In this document: piece by piece, positions 10,660 through 18,745 of the stretch
Layout of the letters: each line of letters starts with the position of its first letter
Position numbering within the stretch: position 1 is the first letter of the stretch
Assembly (NCBI GenBank): GCA_000043285.1
Contig: BX248583.1
Coordinates: forward strand, 120,001-152,000
Direction: 5' to 3'
DNA: 32,000 nucleotides
DNA from: Candidatus Blochmanniella floridana
Lineage (GTDB): Bacteria > Pseudomonadota > Gammaproteobacteria > Enterobacterales > Enterobacteriaceae
The notes under the pieces: generated by a model
What the model was told of the DNA's origin: nothing
The model's input: only the letters and a program-made list of their open reading frames with translations
Databases searched by the model: none
Program-made: the position numbers and the translations under genes

Positions 10660-10733
10660 CAAATTAACAACATAGAAAATTAATTTTCTATGTTGTTAAT
10701 TTGTTATCGAGTTAAATCATCAAAAAATTTCTT
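10630..10733. repeat. 104-bp perfect palindrome (52-nt arms) spanning the dnaJ 3' end and the dnaJ/rpsT convergent spacer; candidate bidirectional terminator
   Basis: I checked every pair by hand from the centre (10681/10682) out to 10630/10733 with no mismatch; 10629/10734 is the first mismatch. The left arm includes the last 30 nt of dnaJ, stop codon included (10630-10659). The right arm ends 19 nt before the rpsT stop codon (10753-10755). Confidence 0.97.
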
Positions 10734-10752
10734 TCTAATTTTAATGAGATTT

Positions 10753-11019
10753 TCAATTTATAAGTAAACTAATACGCCTAAAAATTTTTGACTTGCATCG
10801 TGCTGCTTTATTTTTATGGATTAGCCCTTTTATTGATTGTCGATCAATACATTTTTGCATGTTTTTGAATGCAAAAAGAGCTTCTGAAATATTTCTCTTA
10901 TTAATAGCTATGTTTACTTTTTTTATGAAGGTTTTTAACATTGATCTATTGCTTAAGTTACGATTTCGATTTTTTTTGGATTTTATAATGAATTTTTTAG
11001 CAGATTTAGTATTAGCCAA
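10753..11019 (-). CDS. rpsT: 30S ribosomal protein S20
   Basis: ANTKSAKKFIIKS...IKGLIHKNKAARCKSKI is collinear with E. coli S20 (MANIKSAKKRAIQS...GLIHKNKAARHK). The preferred start is TTG at 11019-11017, 4 nt after a GGGGGT SD-like run, giving 88 aa against 87 aa in E. coli. The ORF track extends to an upstream ATG at 11046, which would add 9 non-homologous residues. Confidence 0.9.
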   Translation of the reverse strand: MANTKSAKKFIIKSKKNRNRNLSNRSMLKTFIKKVNIAINKRNISEALFAFKNMQKCIDRQSIKGLIHKNKAARCKSKIFRRISLLIN

Positions 11020-11170
11020 TATACCCCCTAAAAATATTGGTTCCATTGAAAGCAGTTTAGAACAAATTTAACATATGTTATAATAACATATACCATCACA
11101 ATTTAAAACATCTATTATGCTTTGTTTTAAATATTATTTATTTAAAGTAATGATTGTTATATAAAAAAGC

Positions 11171-12106
11171 ATGGAGCTTATCCGAGGATTACATAATATC
11201 AAGTCTCATCATAGAGGTTGTCTATTGGCTATTGGTAATTTTGATGGATTTCATCGAGGTCATCAAGCATTAATTTCCCAATTGAATAAAAAGAAAATCA
11301 ATTATAAAAGACCTGTTATGGTGATGATTTTTGAACCACAGCCTAAAGAATATTTTTCTAAAATCATTACTATTAGATTAACTAGATTCCGAGATAAGGT
11401 TCAATATTTATTTACTGCTGGAGTAGATATAGTTTTATGTGTAGGATTTAATAAAAAACTCGCTTCTATTAAAGCATATAATTTTGTTAAAGAAATTCTT
11501 ATATATAAATTAGGAGTACGATGTGTCTGTGTGGGTAATGATTTTAGATTTGGAGCGTTTAGGCACGGCGATTATAATTTTTTAAAAACTTTAGGAAAAC
11601 ATAAAGGATTTAAAGTTATATGTGCTGATACTTGTTTAGATTCTTATGGAAAAAAAATAAGTAGCACTTTAGTCAAGACAGCTTTAATAGAAAATAGAAT
11701 TGTAGATGCTGAATTTTTAATGGGGCATTCTTATTGTATTTCTGGAAAGGTAATACATGGTAATGAATTGGGACGTATCATTGGGTTTCCTACAGCTAAT
11801 ATTTCATTAAAAGGAAAAAATTTACCTGTGCATGGTGTATATGCAGTAAAAGTATATGGTATTCTTCATTTTCCATTACCAGGGATAGCTAATATTGGAA
11901 CTCGACCCACTATTAATGGAGTTACTCAACATCAATTAGAAGTTCATATATTAAATATATCTACTAACTTATATTCTTATTATATTACAGTAGTTATTCT
12001 TGATAAAATACGTAATGAACAGTGTTTTAATTCTATACATAAATTACAACGTCAAATTAAATATGATATAGATCAAGTTAATAATTATTTTAAAAAATTG
12101 TCTTAA
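11171..12106 (+). CDS. ribF: Bifunctional riboflavin kinase / FAD synthetase
   Basis: 311 aa. MELIRGLHNI...AIGNFDGFHRGHQAL matches E. coli MKLIRGIHNL...TIGNFDGVHRGHRAL. The riboflavin kinase motif GFPTANI and the segment NIGTRPT are present. Confidence 0.93.
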   Translation: MELIRGLHNIKSHHRGCLLAIGNFDGFHRGHQALISQLNKKKINYKRPVMVMIFEPQPKEYFSKIITIRLTRFRDKVQYLFTAGVDIVLCVGFNKKLASIKAYNFVKEILIYKLGVRCVCVGNDFRFGAFRHGDYNFLKTLGKHKGFKVICADTCLDSYGKKISSTLVKTALIENRIVDAEFLMGHSYCISGKVIHGNELGRIIGFPTANISLKGKNLPVHGVYAVKVYGILHFPLPGIANIGTRPTINGVTQHQLEVHILNISTNLYSYYITVVILDKIRNEQCFNSIHKLQRQIKYDIDQVNNYFKKLS

Positions 12107-12129
12107 AGAAAATATACGGGATAGTTATT

Positions 12130-14991
12130 ATGGCTGATTATAAAAGTACTTTAAATTTACCTTACACTCAATTTCCTATGCGTGGTAATTTACCTATTAT
12201 TGAAATTAAAATTTTAGAACGTTGGAATAGGGATAATTTATATGAAATCATTCGTCGTAAAAAAAACGAAAAAAAATTGTTTTTGTTACATGATGGACCA
12301 CCTTATGCTAATGGATTTATTCATTTAGGACATGCGGTTAATAAAATTCTTAAGGATATTATTATAAAATTTAAAGGACTTTCAGGATATGATGCGCCGT
12401 ATATTCCTGGTTGGGATTGCCATGGTTTGCCTATTGAATTGCAGGTTGAGAAATTAATAAAAAAGGTTAATATGGATATTGATATTAATTCTCAAGAATT
12501 TCGTAATTATTGTCGTGAATATGTCAAGAAACAAATAGAAATACAAAAGAAAGATTTTATAAGATTAGGGATATTAGGTGAATGGAAAAATCCTTATTTA
12601 ACTATGGATTATAAAACTGAAGCTAATATCATTAGAACATTAGGAAAAATTATATCTAATGGGTATTTTTATAAAGGTATTAAACCAGTATATTGGTGTT
12701 TTCAATGTCATTCTGCATTAGCTAATTCAGAAGTAGAATATAATGATTATCATTATTCTAATGCTGTTGATGTTGGGTTTTCTATCGTAGAAAATGTTAG
12801 TATTAATAAAATATTTAATATTAATTGTTATATAGAAAATATTGAATTAGTGATTTGGACTACTACTATTTGGACTCTTCCTGCTAATCAAGCTATTTCT
12901 ATACATCCAGATTATATATATCAATTAGTAAAAATACTTGATAATGAAAAATATTTAATTATTGCAGCGAATTTAGTAAATATGTTTATGAATCGTATTA
13001 AATGTACTATGTGGCAAGTTTTAGGTGAGGTTTTAGGTAGTAAATTAGATCGATTAACAGCACGACATCCATTTATGAATTTTAATGTTCCTCTTGTCTT
13101 AAGTAAGCACATTAAATTGGATTCTGGAACAGGATTAGTACATATTGCTCCTGATCATGGACCAGATGATTATCTTATATCAAAAAAATATAAATTTAAA
13201 AATCGAGATTCATTGATTGATTCTAATGGTTATTATTTATCTAATAGTCACAATAGATTATGTGGATTACATATATTTAATGCTAATGAGATAATAATTG
13301 ATTTATTATATAAATCAAAGAATTTTTTATATTTTAATGCTAATTATCAACATAGTTATCCTTATTGTTGGAGGCATAAAATACCTCTTATTTTTCGCAC
13401 TACATCTCAGTGGTTTGTTAATATGGATCATAATAATTTAAGAGATAAATTATTGAGAACATTGCAGCAAGTAAGATGGATTCCTGATTCAGGGTATTCT
13501 AGTATGCAATCAATGATTGTAAATAGACCAGATTGGTGTCTGTCTAGGCAAAGAGTGTGGGGTATACCTATTCCTGTGTTTGTACATAAAAAAACAGAAG
13601 TTTTACATCCGAATACATGTATTTTTATAGAACAAGTCGCACAACTTGTAGAAAAGTATGGAATACAAATATGGTGGGATTTAAAAAATGAAGATATTAT
13701 TTTGAATAAAGCAGAATCTATGAATTATCAAAAAATATATGACACATTAGACGTGTGGTTTGATTCTGGATCTACGCATGATTCTGTAATTTTGGATAGG
13801 TTTAATAGTAAATTAAAAAGTAAATTGCAAATTGATTTATATTTGGAAGGTGTAGATCAATATCGAGGTTGGTTTATGTCTTCTTTGATAATAGCTGTAG
13901 CTATTAAAGGTTACGCTCCTTATAAACAGGTTCTAAGTCATGGGTTTACTATTGATGATAAGGGTAATAAGATGTCTAAATCTCTTGGAAATATTATTCG
14001 GCCATTAGATATCGTAAATAAATTTGGATCAGATATTTTAAGGTTATGGGTTGCTTCTTCTGATTATTCTAAAGATATGGTAATATCAGATGATGTTTTG
14101 AAAAACGTAACTGATATATATCGACGTATACGAAATACCATACGATTTTTTTTAGCTAATATTAATGATTTTGATCCGGAAAAGGATTTGGTACAATCTA
14201 ATAGAATGGTTGCTCTTGATCAATGGGCGATAAATCATACTTTATCGGTACAAGTAAAAATAATATCAAATTATGAACAATACAAGTTTCATAATGTTAT
14301 TCGGTATATTATGAAATTTTGTTCAATTGAAATGGGTTCTTTTTATTTGGATGTTGTTAAGGATCGGTTGTATACTTTAAATAAAGATAGTTTAGCAAGA
14401 CGTAGTTGTCAGACTGCATTGTATCATATTATAGAGTCTATGGTACGTTGGATTGCTCCTATTTTATCATTTACTGCAGATGAGATTTGGAAATATATTC
14501 CAGGTAATAGGTCAAAATATGTATTTACTGAGGAGTGGTATGACAGATTATTTAAAATTGATGAAAATCAAATTGTAAATAGTAATTATTGGAATTTTTT
14601 TTTAAATATCCGAAATAAAGTAAATAAAGTTATTGAACAAGAACGTGTTAATGGCATTATAAAAGGATCGTTGGAAGCTGATGTTATTTTGTATGTTACT
14701 CCAATATTGAAAAAAAAATTGCGTATATTAAAAAATGAATTAGCATTTGGATTAATCGTGTCATCTGTTATGGTATTGAGTATTGATGATGTTGATTTCA
14801 ATACAATTAAGGAAAATCATGAAGAAAATTCTGATGAATTAAAAGTAGTTTTAAAAAAATCCCATGGTATAAAATGTTTGCGTTGTTGGAATTATACATT
14901 AAGTATGAGTAAAAATGAAAATTATTTAAATATTTGTTCACGTTGTGTACATAATATAACAGGTTTAGGAGAAGATCGTAGATTTTTTTGA
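12130..14991 (+). CDS. ileS: Isoleucine--tRNA ligase
   Basis: 953 aa with the start MADYKSTLNLP. It has the class I motifs HLGH (PYANGFIHLGHA) and KMSKS (GNKMSKSLGN), and a C-terminal CxxC...CxxC zinc knuckle. Confidence 0.97.
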   Translation: MADYKSTLNLPYTQFPMRGNLPIIEIKILERWNRDNLYEIIRRKKNEKKLFLLHDGPPYANGFIHLGHAVNKILKDIIIKFKGLSGYDAPYIPGWDCHGLPIELQVEKLIKKVNMDIDINSQEFRNYCREYVKKQIEIQKKDFIRLGILGEWKNPYLTMDYKTEANIIRTLGKIISNGYFYKGIKPVYWCFQCHSALANSEVEYNDYHYSNAVDVGFSIVENVSINKIFNINCYIENIELVIWTTTIWTLPANQAISIHPDYIYQLVKILDNEKYLIIAANLVNMFMNRIKCTMWQVLGEVLGSKLDRLTARHPFMNFNVPLVLSKHIKLDSGTGLVHIAPDHGPDDYLISKKYKFKNRDSLIDSNGYYLSNSHNRLCGLHIFNANEIIIDLLYKSKNFLYFNANYQHSYPYCWRHKIPLIFRTTSQWFVNMDHNNLRDKLLRTLQQVRWIPDSGYSSMQSMIVNRPDWCLSRQRVWGIPIPVFVHKKTEVLHPNTCIFIEQVAQLVEKYGIQIWWDLKNEDIILNKAESMNYQKIYDTLDVWFDSGSTHDSVILDRFNSKLKSKLQIDLYLEGVDQYRGWFMSSLIIAVAIKGYAPYKQVLSHGFTIDDKGNKMSKSLGNIIRPLDIVNKFGSDILRLWVASSDYSKDMVISDDVLKNVTDIYRRIRNTIRFFLANINDFDPEKDLVQSNRMVALDQWAINHTLSVQVKIISNYEQYKFHNVIRYIMKFCSIEMGSFYLDVVKDRLYTLNKDSLARRSCQTALYHIIESMVRWIAPILSFTADEIWKYIPGNRSKYVFTEEWYDRLFKIDENQIVNSNYWNFFLNIRNKVNKVIEQERVNGIIKGSLEADVILYVTPILKKKLRILKNELAFGLIVSSVMVLSIDDVDFNTIKENHEENSDELKVVLKKSHGIKCLRCWNYTLSMSKNENYLNICSRCVHNITGLGEDRRFF

Positions 14992-15012
14992 GATGGTAAG
15001 TAGAGTATATGT

Positions 15013-15474
15013 ATGTATACAAAATATAAGTGGTTATATCTGTCAATATTTTTTATGTTATTAGATGGTATTATTAAATATGGGATTAGAGCGTATTTCC
15101 AGATTGGAGAAGTATTGTATATATTACCTGGTATTAATATTTGTTATATAGAAAATTCAGGATTAGCGTTTGGATTATTTTCTGAAATAAGTATACATTA
15201 TAGAGGGATATTTATATGGTTGATTTTCTTTATAATAATTATATTTATAATATTTTTATTTAAATGTCGATTAATATATGAGCATTTTGCTTATTCAATA
15301 GTTATTGGAGGATCTTTAGGGAATTTGTATGATCGGATAGTTTGTGGAAAAGTTCTTGATTATATTGATTTATATGTTGGTAAGTATCATTGGCCTGTTT
15401 TTAATGTGGCAGATATTGAAATTTGTGTAGGAATGATGATTTTGATAATTCGAGGAGGTTGGAATATGAGATAG
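15013..15474 (+). CDS. lspA: Lipoprotein signal peptidase (signal peptidase II)
   Basis: 153 aa and hydrophobic. The conserved NSGLAFGL and [11 protein letters not shown] boxes match E. coli NYGAAFSF and FNLADTAICVG. It sits in ribF-ileS-lspA order. Confidence 0.9.
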
Positions 15475-15570
15475 TATTTGATCGTATAATAAGAATTATA
15501 TTATTTATATAATATGAATAATAGTTTATAAAGATTATATCAATGAGAAGAAAAAGGGAGTTTTATTAAA

Positions 15571-16540
15571 GTGCAGTTGGATAATCTGGGGTTTTTACGC
15601 TGGGGTGATGAGAACTATGAATATTGTTGAATGAGCAATACAGATATATGAAAAATCGGTGTATGTTAAAAATGAATTGGTATATATGATATTGTAATAG
15701 ATACATGTTACGTAAAATAGGTGTTATTTTTTGTTGATAATTTATATGAGTTTTTAATGGTTCTGTATTGATTTTTTGATCATGGAGTATCCAAAATAAT
15801 AAAAATTAAGTAAAATGTAAAGAATGAAATTATATTTGATACAATTTTTTGTTAGTGAGGAAAGGATCAAAGCATAATTGTTTATGCTAATTATAATAAA
15901 ATGGAAGTAATTGTAATAGGACATGCTAATCATTCTGTGGTAGAAGGGATTATAGGATAATATGAGTATATGGATGATTTACATGTTAAGATATATTTAG
16001 TTTAATTTAAGCAAGATTATGTGGTCAAGTTTGGGTTATTTTTTCAAATCAATTGTATTATGTTATAAATAATTTGATCTATAGAAGATACTTAGAAAAT
16101 AATAAATATTTTAGAGCAAAGATTTGCAAATATGTTAGGTCCAAGAAAAATGATATTTTTATGTAATATTTAATAAGCACACTTCTTTGAAGAAATTAGC
16201 TGAGATATCAGAATGATTTTTTTGTAATAGGATTAAGTATATCATGTAATTTTAAAATAGATTATTGGAATGAGCTTATAATTTTGGTAAAATTGCTTAT
16301 TTAATGAATAATACGAATGATATGAAAGAAGAGTGGATATATAATGTAAAGAATACTGGAGTTGCCGATAGAGCAATTGCTCCGGAAATTCTACTACAGT
16401 AAGTTTTAAGAAGGTTGAGTATGTTAAGTATAGATAATTTTATTGTTGAGTAATTTTCTGGAAAGAAAGAAAATACATTTTTTGATATTCCTGCTGGTTT
16501 TAAAAAATTTATGATTAATAATAATGTAGAAGATTTTTAA
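15571..16540 (+). pseudogene. ispH: Eroded 4-hydroxy-3-methylbut-2-enyl diphosphate reductase gene (ispH/lytB pseudogene)
   Basis: There is no long ORF, but collinear fragments match E. coli IspH along its whole length. VQL..GF / YAGVMRTMNIVE*AIQIYEKSVYVKNELVY matches MQIL..[51 protein letters not shown] matches [29 protein letters not shown] matches GPRKDDICY. NRLLE*AYNFGKIAYLMNNTNDMKEEWIYNVKNTGVADRAIAPEILLQ* matches [59 protein letters not shown] matches EGREENIVFEVP. I counted at least 7 stops on the homologous path (for example 15632, 15695, 15698, 15958, 16271) and at least 3 frame changes, the first in the T5 run at 15592-15596. An SD AAGGGAG (15554-15560) and a GTG start are still visible. 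Confidence 0.85.
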
Positions 16541-16542
16541 AT

Positions 16543-17391
16543 ATGATGATTAAAGAAAATAAAGTATTGCGTCTAGCTGTTACAGGAGTAACAGGACGTA
16601 TGGGTAAGTCAATAATACAGAGGATTATACAAACACAGGCACATCAAGTTGATAATAAATTTATTTTAGGAGCAGCTATAGCTCGAGATCGTTCCGATAT
16701 TTGTGGAATAGATGCAGGGACATTTGTACAATCATCTAAGGTTGGAGTTTTTATTACTGATAATATTGAATTAGTTAAAGGAGATTTTGATGTATTAATT
16801 GATTTTACTGCACCAGAATCTACTATGAATTATGTGAATTTTTGTGTTATGAATAATAAAAATATGGTTATTGGAACTACTGGGTTGAGTAAAAGTTATT
16901 TATCTGTTATTGAAAGAGCATCGAGTAAAATAGGTATTGTATATTCTGCTAATTTTAGTGTAGGAATAACTATAATGTTAAAATTATTAAACTCAGTATC
17001 TAAAATTTCGAGATATTTTGTAAATATAGATATTGTAGAATCTCATCATAATAAGAAAAAAGATATACCGTCTGGTACGGCTTTATTAATTCGTAATGTC
17101 GTAGAATATAATCAATTTAGTGATTGTGTATGTAATGAGGATCTAGTATCTAATGGTGAAAAAAAATATGGTAAGTTAGATAATGATATAAAAATTCATT
17201 CAATACGTGCTGGAGATATAGTAGGTGAACATAGTGTATTATGTACTAGTATAGGGGAACGTTTAGAAATAAAACATCAAGCGTTTAATAGAATTATATT
17301 TGTTGATGGGGCATTACGTTCTGCGGTTTGGTTAGGGTGTGCTAAAATTGGATTATTTGATTTAAATAATGTATTAAAAATTAATATGTAA
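16543..17391 (+). CDS. dapB: 4-hydroxy-tetrahydrodipicolinate reductase
   Basis: 282 aa. It shows GVTGRMGK (NAD(P)-binding), VIGTTG, ESHHNKKKDIPSGTAL (E. coli EAHHRHKVDAPSGTAL) and RAGDIVGEHS. Confidence 0.93.
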   Translation: MMIKENKVLRLAVTGVTGRMGKSIIQRIIQTQAHQVDNKFILGAAIARDRSDICGIDAGTFVQSSKVGVFITDNIELVKGDFDVLIDFTAPESTMNYVNFCVMNNKNMVIGTTGLSKSYLSVIERASSKIGIVYSANFSVGITIMLKLLNSVSKISRYFVNIDIVESHHNKKKDIPSGTALLIRNVVEYNQFSDCVCNEDLVSNGEKKYGKLDNDIKIHSIRAGDIVGEHSVLCTSIGERLEIKHQAFNRIIFVDGALRSAVWLGCAKIGLFDLNNVLKINM

Positions 17392-17406
17392 TTATAGTGT
17401 TTACAG

Positions 17407-17432
17407 TACAGTATTAAATTATATATACTGTA
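17407..17432 (+). terminator. Possible weak hairpin downstream of dapB
   Basis: TACAGTAT (17407-17414) pairs with ATACTGTA (17425-17432) across a 10-nt loop, followed by T-rich sequence. The stem is short and AT-rich, so the prediction is weak. Confidence 0.2.
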
Positions 17433-17576
17433 TATAAGGTATTATTTTATTATAATTATTTGAGGTTGAAATTTTAGAATAAATATAGAGTTATTAGATT
17501 ACTTCATCAATATTCCTACAATTTTAAAATTTAGTCAAAGAATCAATCAATTTTTTATAACACAGAGGTATCTTAT

Positions 17577-18725
17577 GTGAAGACTGCATTGTTAGTTTTA
17601 GAAGATGGAAGTCAGTTTTATGGTAAGTCAATCGGAGCAAATGGAGAATCAGTAGGGGAGATTGTTTTTAATACTTCTATGACAGGGTATCAGGAAATTA
17701 TTACTGATCCGTCTTATGCTCACCAAATAGTTGTATTGACTTATCCTCATATTGGTAATATTGGTACTAATGACTTTGATAATGAATCTGATCATATTCA
17801 AGTATCTGGAATTGTTATACGTAATTTAACAATAATCTCTAGTAATTTTCGATATAATAGGTCTTTATCTAATTTTTTAAGATGTCAAAATATAGTTGGT
17901 ATTTCTGATGTTGATACTCGTAGATTAACGCGATTAATTAGAGAAAAAGGAACGCAACGTGCTTGTATTATGGCGAATAGTGAACTTGATGCTAAATTAG
18001 CTCTATGTAAGGCTTGTACATTTCTTGGGTCAAATAAATTAAAATTAGCATATTCAGTAAGTACATCTCAACAATATATTTGGAATCAAGGAACAGATCG
18101 ATACGATGGTAAATATAGTAGTGATGAAATTATTCCTAAAAAATTTTTTTATCGTGTAGTAGTATATGATTTTGGTATTAAATACAATATTATGCGTATA
18201 TTAGTAGATTACGGTTGTTTATTGATTGTAGTTCCAGCAAATACTGTAGCTCAAGAAGTGGTTAATTTGAAACCTGATGGAATTCTTTTATCTAATGGGC
18301 CAGGAGATCCTAATGAATATCAGGATGTAATACATGTAATTCGCTTTTTTCTATCTAAAACTAATATTCCAATGCTTGGTATTTGTTTAGGACATCAATT
18401 ATTGGCATTAGCTAGCGGAGCTAAAATAATAAAAATGAAGTTTGGTCATCATGGTTCTAATCATCCTGTAAAGAATGTAGAAACAAATAAAGTAATGATT
18501 ACTAGTCAAAATCATAATTTTGTAGTAGATATAGAAACTTTACCAAATACTATGAAAGTAACTCATATTTCATTATTTGATGGAACATTACAAGGTATTC
18601 GTTATTTAGATAGGTCTGTCATTAGTTTTCAGGGTCATCCAGAAGCTAGTCCAGGTCCTCATGATTCTGTATCGATTTTTAATGATTTTATTCAATTAAT
18701 TAAAAAATATCGTAATAAAAAATGA
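17577..18725 (+). CDS. carA: Carbamoyl-phosphate synthase small (glutaminase) subunit
   Basis: 382 aa. It has a GTG start at 17577 with AGAGG 8 nt upstream. KTALLVLEDGSQFYGKSIGA matches E. coli KSALLVLEDGTQFHGRAIGA. The catalytic GICLGHQLLA and the HPEASPGPHD motif are present. Confidence 0.95.
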   Translation: MKTALLVLEDGSQFYGKSIGANGESVGEIVFNTSMTGYQEIITDPSYAHQIVVLTYPHIGNIGTNDFDNESDHIQVSGIVIRNLTIISSNFRYNRSLSNFLRCQNIVGISDVDTRRLTRLIREKGTQRACIMANSELDAKLALCKACTFLGSNKLKLAYSVSTSQQYIWNQGTDRYDGKYSSDEIIPKKFFYRVVVYDFGIKYNIMRILVDYGCLLIVVPANTVAQEVVNLKPDGILLSNGPGDPNEYQDVIHVIRFFLSKTNIPMLGICLGHQLLALASGAKIIKMKFGHHGSNHPVKNVETNKVMITSQNHNFVVDIETLPNTMKVTHISLFDGTLQGIRYLDRSVISFQGHPEASPGPHDSVSIFNDFIQLIKKYRNKK

Positions 18726-18745
18726 TTTTATAGGAGAATAGTGAT

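Noticed and set aside
10793-11071. 92-aa ORF on the + strand
   Set aside because: It lies entirely antisense to rpsT, which has clear S20 homology. Its low-complexity hydrophobic translation is typical of antisense frames in AT-rich DNA, and it has no SD.
11073-11091. 19-bp perfect palindrome ATATGTTAT-A-ATAACATAT containing TATAAT in the rpsT/ribF divergent spacer
   Set aside because: With 9-bp, mostly A/T arms it is about what chance predicts across the several kb of AT-rich spacer here. A TTTAGA-N17-TATAAT promoter for ribF is possible, but it cannot be distinguished from the many TATAAT-like hexamers.
12921-13112. 63-aa ORF on the - strand inside ileS
   Set aside because: It is antisense to a well-conserved part of ileS and shows no recognisable similarity or translation signals.
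14586-15046. Two - strand ORFs (71 aa and 79 aa) over the ileS 3' end and lspA 5' end
   Set aside because: They are antisense to ileS and lspA, and their N/Y/I/L-rich low-complexity translations look like chance ORFs.
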